From: Candidatus Parcubacteria bacterium
Lineage (GTDB): Bacteria > Patescibacteriota > Minisyncoccia > Phycocordibacterales > JAKFXT01
NCBI GenBank assembly: GCA_021414235.1
Contig: JAIOOV010000004.1
Coordinates: 190,456 to 254,455, forward strand
Direction of reading: 5' to 3'
DNA length: 64,000 nucleotides
Shown here: positions 8,890 through 17,419 of the stretch, piece after piece
Layout of the letters: every line of letters starts with the position of its first letter
Numbering within the stretch: position 1 is the first letter of the stretch
Notes under the pieces: model-generated
Databases searched by the model: none
Seen by the model: only the letters and a program-made list of their open reading frames with translations
What the model was told of the DNA's origin: nothing
Made by a program: the position numbers and the translations under genes

Positions 8890-10365
8890 ATGTCCCGCGA
8901 AGAAGCTGTCATCAGGTTTGAAGAGGTGTCCTTCGAGTTCGGACACAATAAGCCTATCCTGCACGAGGCTTCTTTCTCCGTGCGCCGGGGAACCAAGATC
9001 GCCCTCATGGGTCAGAACGGGGCAGGTAAGAGCACCCTCTTTGGCCTCATCACCGGGGCCCACAGGCCGGAGTCGGGGAAGATCAATATTCCCAAGGGAC
9101 TTACTGTCGCTACTGCTAAGCAGGCGATACAACCTTCGGAGCGCTCGCTTACCGTACGTGAGTTCTTCGAGCGCTGCTTTACGAAGAAAATCTACGACAT
9201 TGATCCTCGCATCGACAAGATATTGGAGGTAGTACACCTGGTGGCACCTCACGATCGCACCGTAGGTTCTTTCTCCGGCGGTCAGCAGGCGCGTCTCTTG
9301 CTCGCTTCTGCCCTCATTCAGGATCCTGACCTCCTGCTTCTCGACGAGCCTACCAACAATCTGGATAAGGCGGGTATCGAACACCTCACTCAGTTCCTCA
9401 TCGACTACAAGAAGACCTGTATCGTGATCTCCCATGATGCGGAGTTCCTCAATGCCTTTACCCAAGGCGTCCTCTATCTCGATGTGCACACGCACATCAT
9501 GGAGCAGTACTCCGGCAACTATCACGATGTGGTGGCGGAGATCAGCGCCCGTATCGAGAAGGAGAATCGCAAGAACGCGCAGCTCGCCAAGGAGATCCAG
9601 GAGAAGAAGGATCAGTCCAACATGTTTGCGCATAAGGGTGGCCAGATGCGCCTCGTAGCGAAGCGCATGCGCGAGAAGGCGGAAGAGCTCGAAGAAGAGA
9701 TGGTGGATGTGCGTAAGGAGGACCGCACTATCCGTTCCTTCACTATTCCCTCGCAGCCGGACCTCATCGGAGACATCCTCTCCCTCACTTCCTTCTCCGT
9801 GATGAAGCACGGCAAGGGAGCGACCAAGCCAGTGGTACGCAAGACGGACATACACTTGAAGCGCAACAACCATCTCCTGCTCAAGGGTCCGAATGGTATC
9901 GGCAAGTCCACGCTCCTCGAGGCGCTTGCCTCAGGCAAGGCTTCCGGGTCCGTGATCGCCCCTGGTGTACGCGTGGGCTATTACCGCCAGGATTTCTCCA
10001 CTCTTAATTTCGAAGACACGGTGTATCAGTCCCTCCTCGAGGCGCTCGAATCAGCCGGAGGTAAGGTGCTGGAAGAGCATCTCCGCTCCACTGCTGCCGG
10101 TTTTCTCATTAGCTCTGAATTGATGAAGGTGAAAGTGGGACACCTCTCTGAGGGACAGAAAGGACTGGTAGCATTTGCACGCCTGGTGCTGCAGAAGCCG
10201 GGACTCCTCATACTCGACGAGCCCACCAACCACATCAACTTCCGTCATCTGCCAGTGATTGCGGCCGCGCTCGATCGCTATGATGGCGCTATGATCCTGG
10301 TCTCTCACGTGCCTGACTTCGTGGAGAAGGTTCGTATTGATGAAGTGCTCGATTTGGAGAAGTAG
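8890..10365 (+). CDS. ABC-F family ATPase (two tandem ABC domains, no TM domain)
   Basis: Two Walker A motifs (GQNGAGKST, GPNGIGKST), two signature motifs (SGGQQARL, LSEGQKGLV) and two Walker B motifs (LLLDEPTN, LILDEPTN). The inter-domain linker is charged. Confidence 0.8.
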   Translation: MSREEAVIRFEEVSFEFGHNKPILHEASFSVRRGTKIALMGQNGAGKSTLFGLITGAHRPESGKINIPKGLTVATAKQAIQPSERSLTVREFFERCFTKKIYDIDPRIDKILEVVHLVAPHDRTVGSFSGGQQARLLLASALIQDPDLLLLDEPTNNLDKAGIEHLTQFLIDYKKTCIVISHDAEFLNAFTQGVLYLDVHTHIMEQYSGNYHDVVAEISARIEKENRKNAQLAKEIQEKKDQSNMFAHKGGQMRLVAKRMREKAEELEEEMVDVRKEDRTIRSFTIPSQPDLIGDILSLTSFSVMKHGKGATKPVVRKTDIHLKRNNHLLLKGPNGIGKSTLLEALASGKASGSVIAPGVRVGYYRQDFSTLNFEDTVYQSLLEALESAGGKVLEEHLRSTAAGFLISSELMKVKVGHLSEGQKGLVAFARLVLQKPGLLILDEPTNHINFRHLPVIAAALDRYDGAMILVSHVPDFVEKVRIDEVLDLEK

Positions 10366-10379
10366 TCTATTCTGACGGA

Positions 10380-10916
10380 ATGGAATACACGCTGAAGCGC
10401 AGCAAACGTGCGCGAGCCATCCGCCTCTCCGTATATCCTGATGGACGGGTAGCAGTATCTGCGCCGCCCTTTGCTGCTCTGCGAACGATTGAGAGATTTC
10501 TGGAAGAGAAATCCGCTTGGATTGCGCGTACTCTTCAGTATTTAAAATCTATTCCTGCGGGGCTCGTGATCCCGACCAAGAGAGGCGACTATGCGCGCCA
10601 CAAAGAAACGGCGCACACTCTCGCAGCAGAGCGTCTCGCACATTTCAATACGCTCTACGGCTTCTCCTACGGAACCATCTCCATCCGTAACCAGAAGACC
10701 CGTTGGGGCAGCTGCTCCAAGCGGGGAAGCCTCAGCTTCAACTACAAGATCGCCCTCCTGCCTACGGAACTCGCTGACTATGTCGTTCTCCATGAACTCT
10801 GCCATAGGGGGGAATTCAACCATTCACGCCGATTCTGGGCCCTTATGGCCCGAGCCATGCCGGAATATGAGAAGAGGAGAGGGGAACTGAAGCGTATCCG
10901 CTTCGGGCGAGGCTGA
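10380..10916 (+). CDS. YgjP-like/DUF45 (M48/WLM-type) metal-dependent hydrolase
   Basis: WGSCSKRGSLSFNYKIALLP…YVVLHELCHRGEFNHSRRFW contains the HExxH-like motif of the YgjP family. Confidence 0.65.
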   Translation: MEYTLKRSKRARAIRLSVYPDGRVAVSAPPFAALRTIERFLEEKSAWIARTLQYLKSIPAGLVIPTKRGDYARHKETAHTLAAERLAHFNTLYGFSYGTISIRNQKTRWGSCSKRGSLSFNYKIALLPTELADYVVLHELCHRGEFNHSRRFWALMARAMPEYEKRRGELKRIRFGRG

Positions 10917-11015
10917 AAGAGAGGCTGTTGACAGAAATAACCCCATATGCTACTATTGCGGGGTCATATAGACTAAGGAACGCAGTCGGGTTTCCGAGCA
11001 GCATAACAACACACC

Positions 11016-11213
11016 ATGAAAGGAACCATCAAGACCATCACGGACCGTGGATTCGGATTCATCTCTCGCGAAGGCGAGACGAAGGATCTCTTCTTCCACT
11101 CCAAGGATCTCGTAGGCGTCATGTTTGACGAACTCAAGGTTGGCGACGTCGTCACCTTTGAAGTTGCAGAGGGACCGAAGGGCCTCAATGCAGTCAACGT
11201 AGCCCGCGCATAA
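11016..11213 (+). CDS. cspA: Cold-shock protein (CspA family)
   Basis: MKGTIKTITDRGFGFISREGETKDLFFHSKDL carries the RNP1/RNP2 cold-shock-domain motifs. The long 5'UTR starts at a TTGACA promoter near 10927. Confidence 0.85.
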   Translation: MKGTIKTITDRGFGFISREGETKDLFFHSKDLVGVMFDELKVGDVVTFEVAEGPKGLNAVNVARA

Positions 11214-11230
11214 TACGCGAGCGATCTGGC

Positions 11231-11263
11231 AAAAAGCCGCTGCCGCAAGGCAGCGGCTTTTTG
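11231..11263 (+). terminator. Rho-independent terminator after csp
   Basis: aaaaagccgctgcc-gcaa-ggcagcggctttttg. Confidence 0.6.
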
Positions 11264-11358
11264 CGTATTTATCGGAACTATTCTAGGTATGATCTGTTAA
11301 TATTTTTTTGACTCGCGGCCCCTCAGTTTCCCCGCTGTGCTTTGGGGAGCGTGAATTG

Positions 11359-11385
11359 AAAAACGAGCGGGTCTCGCTCGTTTTT
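11359..11385. terminator. Terminator hairpin downstream of minus-strand gene 11409-11900
   Basis: aaaaacgagcg-ggtct-cgctcgttttt with A and T tracts on both sides. Confidence 0.45.
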
Positions 11386-11408
11386 CGCTGCAACAGTTGT
11401 GTAGTTTC

Positions 11409-11900
11409 CTACTTTACGTAGACGATGCCTATGTCGGTCTCCGTACCGAGGTTGTGGTATCCCCATACGCCTGCTTCGCTGAAGGAGAGGGAGTAGGTTC
11501 CATTCATGCCCACGCTCTTCACTTGGTTGAAGCCTGCGTAGATGGGTGCGCCTTCGAAGGTGTCGGAGGTGACGCGCATGCTCTTCCCGCTCTTGTTAAT
11601 GAAGCGAACGCTGTCTCCGCGTTCTATCTCCACGATGCGGGGACTAAAGCCTGTGGCGGTGAGGGTGACGGTCGCCACGTAGGCGGTCCCTTCCTTGGCG
11701 CGGGTCACGGTGTACGCGGCTGCGGCGCGCTTTGCCGGAGTGTCGGCCGTTTTGACGTCGGTGTTGTCCGTGCTCTCTCCTGTAGGGGTCTCGGTAGAAG
11801 CGGGAGATGCGGTGTCATCGCTATACGTCCACCAGGCGAAGCCTCCGATGAGGAGAAGTGCTACGATGCCTCCTGCGATATATGTTTCCTTGCGTTCCAT
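11409..11900 (-). CDS. Secreted/membrane-anchored hypothetical protein (cupredoxin-like beta-sandwich, lacking Cu ligands)
   Basis: N-terminal TM (TYIAGGIVALLLIGGFAWW). The C-terminal ERGDSVRFINKSGKSMRVTSDT…GTYSLSF…GVWGYHNLG resembles a plastocyanin-like fold but has no Cys/His/Met ligand set. Confidence 0.4.
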   Translation of the reverse strand: MERKETYIAGGIVALLLIGGFAWWTYSDDTASPASTETPTGESTDNTDVKTADTPAKRAAAAYTVTRAKEGTAYVATVTLTATGFSPRIVEIERGDSVRFINKSGKSMRVTSDTFEGAPIYAGFNQVKSVGMNGTYSLSFSEAGVWGYHNLGTETDIGIVYVK

Positions 11901-12035
11901 AGGCGTTATGAAGATTATTTACCTCTAGTTAGTCTACACTGGTTTAGACGACTGTGCGTTGCTCTCCTTACTTCCTTTTCTTGCGATAGCGGTACAATTA
12001 AGGCTCAGGCATATAAGCTTATTCGTTTCTAATAT

Positions 12036-12452
12036 ATGGAGATCAATTACCTCTCGGTGCTCGCGTGCGGAGTGTTCGCAATGGTGGCGGGGTTTCTCTG
12101 GTATGGTCCTCTCTTCGGGAAGGTGTGGCTTGGGGTGATCGGCGCTTCCGCGGATGATCTCGCCCGCCGCGCAGAGATGCAGAAGAGGGCGATGCCACTC
12201 TACCTCGTGCAATTCCTCCTGGTGCTCTTCCAGGCATACGTACTCGCACATTTCGTGAAGGGCTGGACGGAGGCTACTGGCGTCGAGACTGCGCTGTGGA
12301 TCTGGGTTGGCTTCATCATGCCGACGGTTGCCGCCGGATCGATGTGGAACAATGATTCCGCGCGCATCTCCTGGACGCGCTTCGCTCTCCAGGCTGGCTA
12401 CCAGCTCATCTGTCTCGTTGCCTTCGGCTTCATCCTAGGCTATTGGCAGTAG
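12036..12452 (+). CDS. DUF1761 family membrane protein
   Basis: MEINYLSVLACGVFAMVAGFLWYGPLFGKVW is the conserved DUF1761 N-terminus. Four TM helices. Confidence 0.55.
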   Translation: MEINYLSVLACGVFAMVAGFLWYGPLFGKVWLGVIGASADDLARRAEMQKRAMPLYLVQFLLVLFQAYVLAHFVKGWTEATGVETALWIWVGFIMPTVAAGSMWNNDSARISWTRFALQAGYQLICLVAFGFILGYWQ

Positions 12453-12490
12453 TCGTATCCTCTGAGACGGCAGGGGGTTACAATGAGAAC

Positions 12491-13075
12491 ATGCTCCTCT
12501 CTGTCTTTCGGCATTGGCTTCCTTTCGCTCTCCTCATAGCTTTTGTAGCTTACTTTTCGTATGTGACGATGCAGCAGGCGTACCGGGATGCGGCGGATGA
12601 CCCGCAGATACAGATGACGATTGACGCCGTGCGTGCACTCGAGGCTGGCCGTACACCCGCCATGGTAGCTTCTCCTGAGGAGCCGATTGATATCTCACTC
12701 TCGCTTGCTCCCTTTCTTGCAGTGTTTGATGAGCGAGGAAGATTGCTCTCTTCCACCGGAGATCTCCATCGTGAAGACATTCGGTTGCCCGCAGGAACCT
12801 TTGATTACGCACGAGAGCACGGAGAGCATCGCTTCACCTGGCAGCCGGAGCCTGGTGTGCGCCAGGCGGTAGTGCTCGCGCGTTATGAGAGAGGGGGAGT
12901 GAAGGGCTTCGTGCTTGCAGGCCGTTCGCTGCGCGAGACAGAGAAACGCATAGAGGGACTTACCAGGAATATCACTCTCGCTTCTTCTGCTGCTCTGCTC
13001 GCAAGTCTCATTCTGAGCTTCTTAGTCGTCTGGTCGCGCCGTTATTTTCCCGAGAAGTCTGGGATAAGAGGGTGA
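12491..13075 (+). CDS. Hypothetical membrane protein (2 TM)
   Basis: Start placed at the internal ATG (MLLSVFRHWLPFALLIAFVAYF). TM helices at the N- and C-terminus. No family recognised. Confidence 0.35.
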   Translation: MLLSVFRHWLPFALLIAFVAYFSYVTMQQAYRDAADDPQIQMTIDAVRALEAGRTPAMVASPEEPIDISLSLAPFLAVFDERGRLLSSTGDLHREDIRLPAGTFDYAREHGEHRFTWQPEPGVRQAVVLARYERGGVKGFVLAGRSLRETEKRIEGLTRNITLASSAALLASLILSFLVVWSRRYFPEKSGIRG

Positions 13076-13170
13076 CTTGCAGAAACCGATAGGAGCGGTA
13101 CCCTTAAGGGGCATCTAAGGACAGGGCTTGATTCTCGAGCCCTTTCCTTACGGTGTTCCTCCTAAACTCG

Positions 13171-13228
13171 CCCCGGCGCGCGGCAGTTTCTCCTCTTCCC
13201 AGGGGAGAGCCACGCGCCGGGTTTTTCT
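13171..13228 (+). terminator. Long GC-rich terminator hairpin
   Basis: ccccggcgcgcgg…(nested tctcc/ggaga stem)…ccacgcgccggg followed by tttttc. The 12-bp stem has one mismatch. Confidence 0.45.
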
Positions 13229-13291
13229 TTCCTATTTGCCCATAAGGTCTATAATCAGTTATCGGGCAGCCAATCATTTCTTAATTTCTCT

Positions 13292-14431
13292 ATGAAAAAG
13301 ATATTTGCGTCCTTCGCAGCTCTGTCTCTCATTTTTTTGCCGCTCGCAGTGGAAGCCGCGAGCTTCCACTCGGGTGATAGCTACATCCTCGGGAAAGAGG
13401 AGGGTATCGGCGGCGATCTCTATGTCGCCGGGAACTCCATCTCCATCGAGGGCGCGGTAACAGGTGATGTCACCGGGGCGGGGAATGACATCTACTTCAC
13501 CGGCAGCGCTTCGCAGGATCTCCAGGCTGCGGGAGATGCGCTCACCCTTGTCGGAAACGTGGGGGATGATGTGCGGGCCGCGGGCCGCGCCATCACCGTG
13601 GGAGGCTCGGTGAAGGGGGACGTGCTCCTGGCAGGAGCTAAGGTAACTATGCTCCCGAGCGTGCTCGTAGGAGGGGATGCCGCGATTGCTGCCAGTCAGG
13701 TGCTCCTCAGTGGCACCATACAGGGAGGGTTACGCGTACATGCGCAAGAGGTGACTATCGACGGTACGGTGAACGGCCCGGTATACATTTCTGCGGAGAA
13801 GGTGACGTTCGGTCCGCACGCCGTGCTCTCCGGAGCGGTGACCTATCGATCCTCCAAGGCAGCCACTATCGTCACTGGGGCTACGCTCTCCGGAGCGGTG
13901 ACACACGATTCCATCGCTCCGCGTGAGAGCGTGTCCTCTCCTCTCTACTGGGCCAAGACAGTTGGCCTGTGGTTCGTGTTGAAGCTTCTCATGATTTTCC
14001 TCGGTTGTTTGCTCATGAGTTTCTACTACCAGCGCGCGGTGAAGGGGTTGGGCGAGCGCTTCTTCGATGGCTTCATCATGAATGTGATGCTCGGGTTCGC
14101 CTTCCTGGTAGCGACTCCATTCGCGGCTGTCTTCCTCATGACGACCGTCGTCGGTCTTCTCGTCGGCATACTGGTGATGCTGGTGTACGGCGCCATGCTC
14201 ATCATCAATACTCTCTACCTGCCGGCACTCGTAGGTGGGGAGATATACCGTTATTTCAAGAGGGAAACAGAGATGAAAGTATCCGTGTGGACCATCGTCA
14301 TAGGTACTATCGCTCTTGTGATACTCGCGCTTATCCCGGTCGTCGGCTGGATAGCGGCGTTCGTTCTCATGCTCGGTACGCTCGGAGCGGGTGTCCGCTT
14401 CAAGTGGAGCGAGCTCAAGAGTTATCGCTAG
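13292..14431 (+). CDS. Beta-helical repeat protein (bactofilin/DUF4097-like repeats) with signal peptide and C-terminal multi-TM domain
   Basis: Signal peptide MKKIFASFAALSLIFLPLAVEAAS. Repeats GDLYVAGNSISIEGAVTGDVTGAGNDIYFTG…GDALTLVGNVGDDVRAAGRAITVGGSVKGDVLLAG are followed by four predicted TM helices. Confidence 0.45.
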   Translation: MKKIFASFAALSLIFLPLAVEAASFHSGDSYILGKEEGIGGDLYVAGNSISIEGAVTGDVTGAGNDIYFTGSASQDLQAAGDALTLVGNVGDDVRAAGRAITVGGSVKGDVLLAGAKVTMLPSVLVGGDAAIAASQVLLSGTIQGGLRVHAQEVTIDGTVNGPVYISAEKVTFGPHAVLSGAVTYRSSKAATIVTGATLSGAVTHDSIAPRESVSSPLYWAKTVGLWFVLKLLMIFLGCLLMSFYYQRAVKGLGERFFDGFIMNVMLGFAFLVATPFAAVFLMTTVVGLLVGILVMLVYGAMLIINTLYLPALVGGEIYRYFKRETEMKVSVWTIVIGTIALVILALIPVVGWIAAFVLMLGTLGAGVRFKWSELKSYR

Positions 14432-14444
14432 TCATTCTTACCAC

Positions 14445-14996
14445 ATGAATTCTCGAGCACTTACCCTCATCGCCATCCTTCTCTTGATCGCGGGCGGCCT
14501 CTATTACTTCGTCATGCGTACGCCGGAGGGCGCAGCCACTCCGGTAGCTACGTCGACTCCCTCCGGTACCTCTTCTGGCGGCAGCTCTACCTCTACCCCT
14601 TCGAATGATCCGGTGACGCTCTGCGTGGCGGGCGGCGGCACCTGGAACGCGGAGGTGAACGAGTGTGTCCTTCCGCTCATCATGGTGGCTTCGCCTTCGG
14701 CGGGGGATCTGGTCACTTCTCCACTTACTGTCACCGGCACAGCGCGTGGCTACTGGTACTTCGAAGCGTCCTTTCCCATCAAGGTCACCGACTCTTCTGG
14801 CAAGGTCCTCTCGGAGCACTACGCTGAAGCGCAGAGCGACTGGATGACTGAGGAATACGTCCCTTTCAAAGGTACGATCTCCTTCAAGGCTCCTGTCGGA
14901 GGCGATGGTAAGGGATTCATCGTCTTTGAGAAAGACAATCCGTCTGGTCTCCCGGAGAACGATGCGTCGGTGAAGGTTCCTGTCCGCTTTAGGTAA
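14445..14996 (+). CDS. Membrane-anchored Gmad2 immunoglobulin-like domain protein
   Basis: TM anchor, S/T-rich linker, then PLTVTGTARGYWYFEASFPIKVTDSSGKVLSEHYAEAQSDWMTEEYVPFKGTISF, which is typical of the Gmad2/GerMN domain. Confidence 0.5.
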   Translation: MNSRALTLIAILLLIAGGLYYFVMRTPEGAATPVATSTPSGTSSGGSSTSTPSNDPVTLCVAGGGTWNAEVNECVLPLIMVASPSAGDLVTSPLTVTGTARGYWYFEASFPIKVTDSSGKVLSEHYAEAQSDWMTEEYVPFKGTISFKAPVGGDGKGFIVFEKDNPSGLPENDASVKVPVRFR

Positions 14997-14997
14997 T

Positions 14998-15693
14998 ATG
15001 ATAGAGGTCATCCCAGCAAAGCGGAGATTCTCGGAGGATCTCGGCTGGCTTAAGACAGCGTGGCTCTTCTCCTTCAGCCACTATTACGATCCGAAGAATC
15101 TAGAATTCGGTGCGCTCCGCGTGTTCAACGATGATGTGGTGATGCCGGGTGGCGGTTTCCCGGATCATGGGCATGCGAACTTCGAGATTGTGACCATAGT
15201 CCTCGAAGGAGAGATCGCGCATAAGGACAGCATGGGGAACGAGACGGTGGTGAAGGCGGGAGAGATACAGCGCATGTCCGCGGGCCGCGGCGTAGTGCAC
15301 TCGGAATTCAATAGGAGTACCGCACCAGTCCATCTGTATCAGCTGTGGTTTCATCCGAGAACGCAGAATCTCACGCCGAGCTACGCACAGGCAGAAGTGC
15401 TTCCGCAGGAAGCGGGAGCCGCCCTCTCTCCGCTCGTCTCGGGTCTTGAAGCGGCTCCGCTCTCTCTGTCTGCGGACGCTTCCATCTCTATGGGTTACCT
15501 CAAGAAGAGAACGAAGATGGCGCTGTCGCTCGAGTCTGTCGAAGGAATATTCTGTTACCTTGAGAAGGGGAGGCTTCGTGTCGGAAATGAGCTCCTCTTG
15601 CCGGGAGATCAGGCTCGCGTACGCGAAGAGAAAGAGATCCAGCTTGAGGCGGTGGAAGAAGTTAGATTCCTCCTCATCCGCACGAATTTATAA
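14998..15693 (+). CDS. Pirin-family cupin protein
   Basis: HGHANFEIVTIVLEGEIAHKDSMGNETVVKAGEIQRMSAGRGVVHSE matches pirin N-terminal cupin motifs. Confidence 0.75.
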   Translation: MIEVIPAKRRFSEDLGWLKTAWLFSFSHYYDPKNLEFGALRVFNDDVVMPGGGFPDHGHANFEIVTIVLEGEIAHKDSMGNETVVKAGEIQRMSAGRGVVHSEFNRSTAPVHLYQLWFHPRTQNLTPSYAQAEVLPQEAGAALSPLVSGLEAAPLSLSADASISMGYLKKRTKMALSLESVEGIFCYLEKGRLRVGNELLLPGDQARVREEKEIQLEAVEEVRFLLIRTNL

Positions 15694-15710
15694 AAGTAAT
15701 TTATTTTTCT

Positions 15711-16106
15711 ATGTCATATCACGCGAATGCCATCAAGATCGCCGAAGAGAATGAGAATTTTCGAAGAGTGATTTCGACCGGGGAGAAGAGCCAGTTGGTG
15801 GTGATGAGTGTTCCTCCGGGTGGGGATGTCGGTGAGGAGACCCATGAGCATGTGGAACAGACGCTGCTTTTTGTCTCAGGTAGCGGCAAGGCAAAGCTCA
15901 ATGATGACTCTTATGAAGTGAGTGCTGGAGATGTGGTGAGGGTCACTCCTGGTGTGCGGCATAATTTCATAAACACGGGAACGGAACCCCTCAAGATCTT
16001 CACGGTCTATGCTCCGCCGAATCATATCGATGGAAGAGTGCATGCGACCAAGGAGGATGCAGAGAAGGATGTGGAAGATGAGGAGTTCGGGCATCAAGTA
16101 GCCTAG
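15711..16106 (+). CDS. Cupin-domain protein
   Basis: GGDVGEETHEHVEQTLLFVSGSGKAKL…GDVVRVTPGVRHNFINTG is a cupin_2 motif pair. Confidence 0.6.
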   Translation: MSYHANAIKIAEENENFRRVISTGEKSQLVVMSVPPGGDVGEETHEHVEQTLLFVSGSGKAKLNDDSYEVSAGDVVRVTPGVRHNFINTGTEPLKIFTVYAPPNHIDGRVHATKEDAEKDVEDEEFGHQVA

Positions 16107-16152
16107 ATTTTGCCTGCATTTCTCTAAGACAGGGCTCTGGTATCATGGGTCC

Positions 16153-17319
16153 ATGGAACCCCTGGCTTCGAGGATAAGACCTAAGAATCTGGACGAATTC
16201 GTAGGCCAGCAGCATCTCGTGGGCCCAGGGAAACCGCTGCGGAAAGCTATCGAGGAGAAGCATCTCTTCTCTTTCATCCTGTGGGGGCCGCCGGGTGTCG
16301 GTAAGACTACGCTCGCGCGCATCTATGCACAGGCGCATGGTCTCCCATTCCACGAACTCTCCGCAGTCTCTGCGGGGAAGGACGATCTGCGCAAGGTGCT
16401 CTCAGGAAGAGCTCCAGGCCAGACGGCTGTCGTCTTCCTTGATGAGATACACCGTTTCAATAAAGCGCAGCAGGATTTCCTGCTGCCGTACGTAGAGAGC
16501 GGTGCCATTGTGCTCATCGGCTCTACTACGGAGAATCCGAGCTTCGAGGTGATCGGAGCACTCCTCTCTAGAAGTCGTGTGTTTGTATTGAAAGAGCTCA
16601 CCGAAGAAGAACTCGGAGAGATCGTCAGCCGCTCGGGCATCAAGCTCGACAAGAAAGCCAAAGAGCTTCTTGTCGCACTCGCGAACGGCGATGCACGCCA
16701 AGCGCTCACGCTCCTCGAGAACACCAAGAATATTTATGGAAAAGTAACGGCAGAGACCCTTAAGGAAGCGGCCCAAGCCAAGGTGCTCCGCTACGACAAG
16801 GGAGCAGAAGAGCACTACAACACCATCAGTGCGTATATAAAGAGCATGCGCGCTTCGCAGCCGGACGCAGCGCTCTACTATCTCGCACGTATGATCGATG
16901 CAGGGGAAGATCCCAAGTTCATCGCACGCAGAATGGTCATCTTCGCTTCCGAAGATATCGGGCAGGCCTTGCCGACCGCGCTCGTGGTGGCTAACGAAGT
17001 CTTTCGCGCGGTAGAGACGATCGGGCTTCCGGAGGCCGCCATCAATCTGGCGCATGGCACGGTCTACCTCTCTGTGGCTCCCAAGGATAAGTCGGCGTAC
17101 GAAGCCTACTTCCGGGCGCTCGCGGATGTGCAGAAGCTCGGGAACTTGCCAATACCGCTCGTGGTGCGGAATGCGTCGACCAATCTCATGAAGGAACTCG
17201 AGTACGGCAAAGGCTACGAGCGGTATAGCAAAGAAGACTATCTACCGGAGAAGCTCAAGGGGACTAAGTACTACCGGCCTAAAGGGGAGGCTGCCAAGAA
17301 GCCTAAGAAGAAACCCTAA
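16153..17319 (+). CDS. rarA: Replication-associated recombination protein A (AAA+ ATPase MgsA/RarA)
   Basis: LDEFVGQQHLVG…LWGPPGVGKTTLARIYA (Walker A), VVFLDEIHRFNKAQQDFLLPYVE (Walker B/sensor), C-terminal MgsA helical domain. Confidence 0.85.
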   Translation: MEPLASRIRPKNLDEFVGQQHLVGPGKPLRKAIEEKHLFSFILWGPPGVGKTTLARIYAQAHGLPFHELSAVSAGKDDLRKVLSGRAPGQTAVVFLDEIHRFNKAQQDFLLPYVESGAIVLIGSTTENPSFEVIGALLSRSRVFVLKELTEEELGEIVSRSGIKLDKKAKELLVALANGDARQALTLLENTKNIYGKVTAETLKEAAQAKVLRYDKGAEEHYNTISAYIKSMRASQPDAALYYLARMIDAGEDPKFIARRMVIFASEDIGQALPTALVVANEVFRAVETIGLPEAAINLAHGTVYLSVAPKDKSAYEAYFRALADVQKLGNLPIPLVVRNASTNLMKELEYGKGYERYSKEDYLPEKLKGTKYYRPKGEAAKKPKKKP

Positions 17320-17372
17320 CCGATACGGTGGGGATAAGTAGGCGTTATTTCCAGACGGATGAGTGTCGAGGC

Positions 17373-17382
17373 TGTATAATGG
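17373..17382 (+). promoter_or_regulatory. Extended -10 promoter (TGTATAATG) for the surface-protein gene
   Basis: tgtataatgg lies 38 nt upstream of the GTG start at 17420. Confidence 0.3.
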
Positions 17383-17419
17383 TTGGAACGTAGCGTAAGT
17401 ACGCGCTGCTGCCTCATAC

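Noticed and set aside
10927-11015. Hairpin-containing 90-nt region upstream of the cold-shock gene as a separate ncRNA
   Set aside because: A long structured 5'UTR with a TTGACA promoter is the normal architecture of csp mRNAs (cold-box-like leader). Not a separate element.
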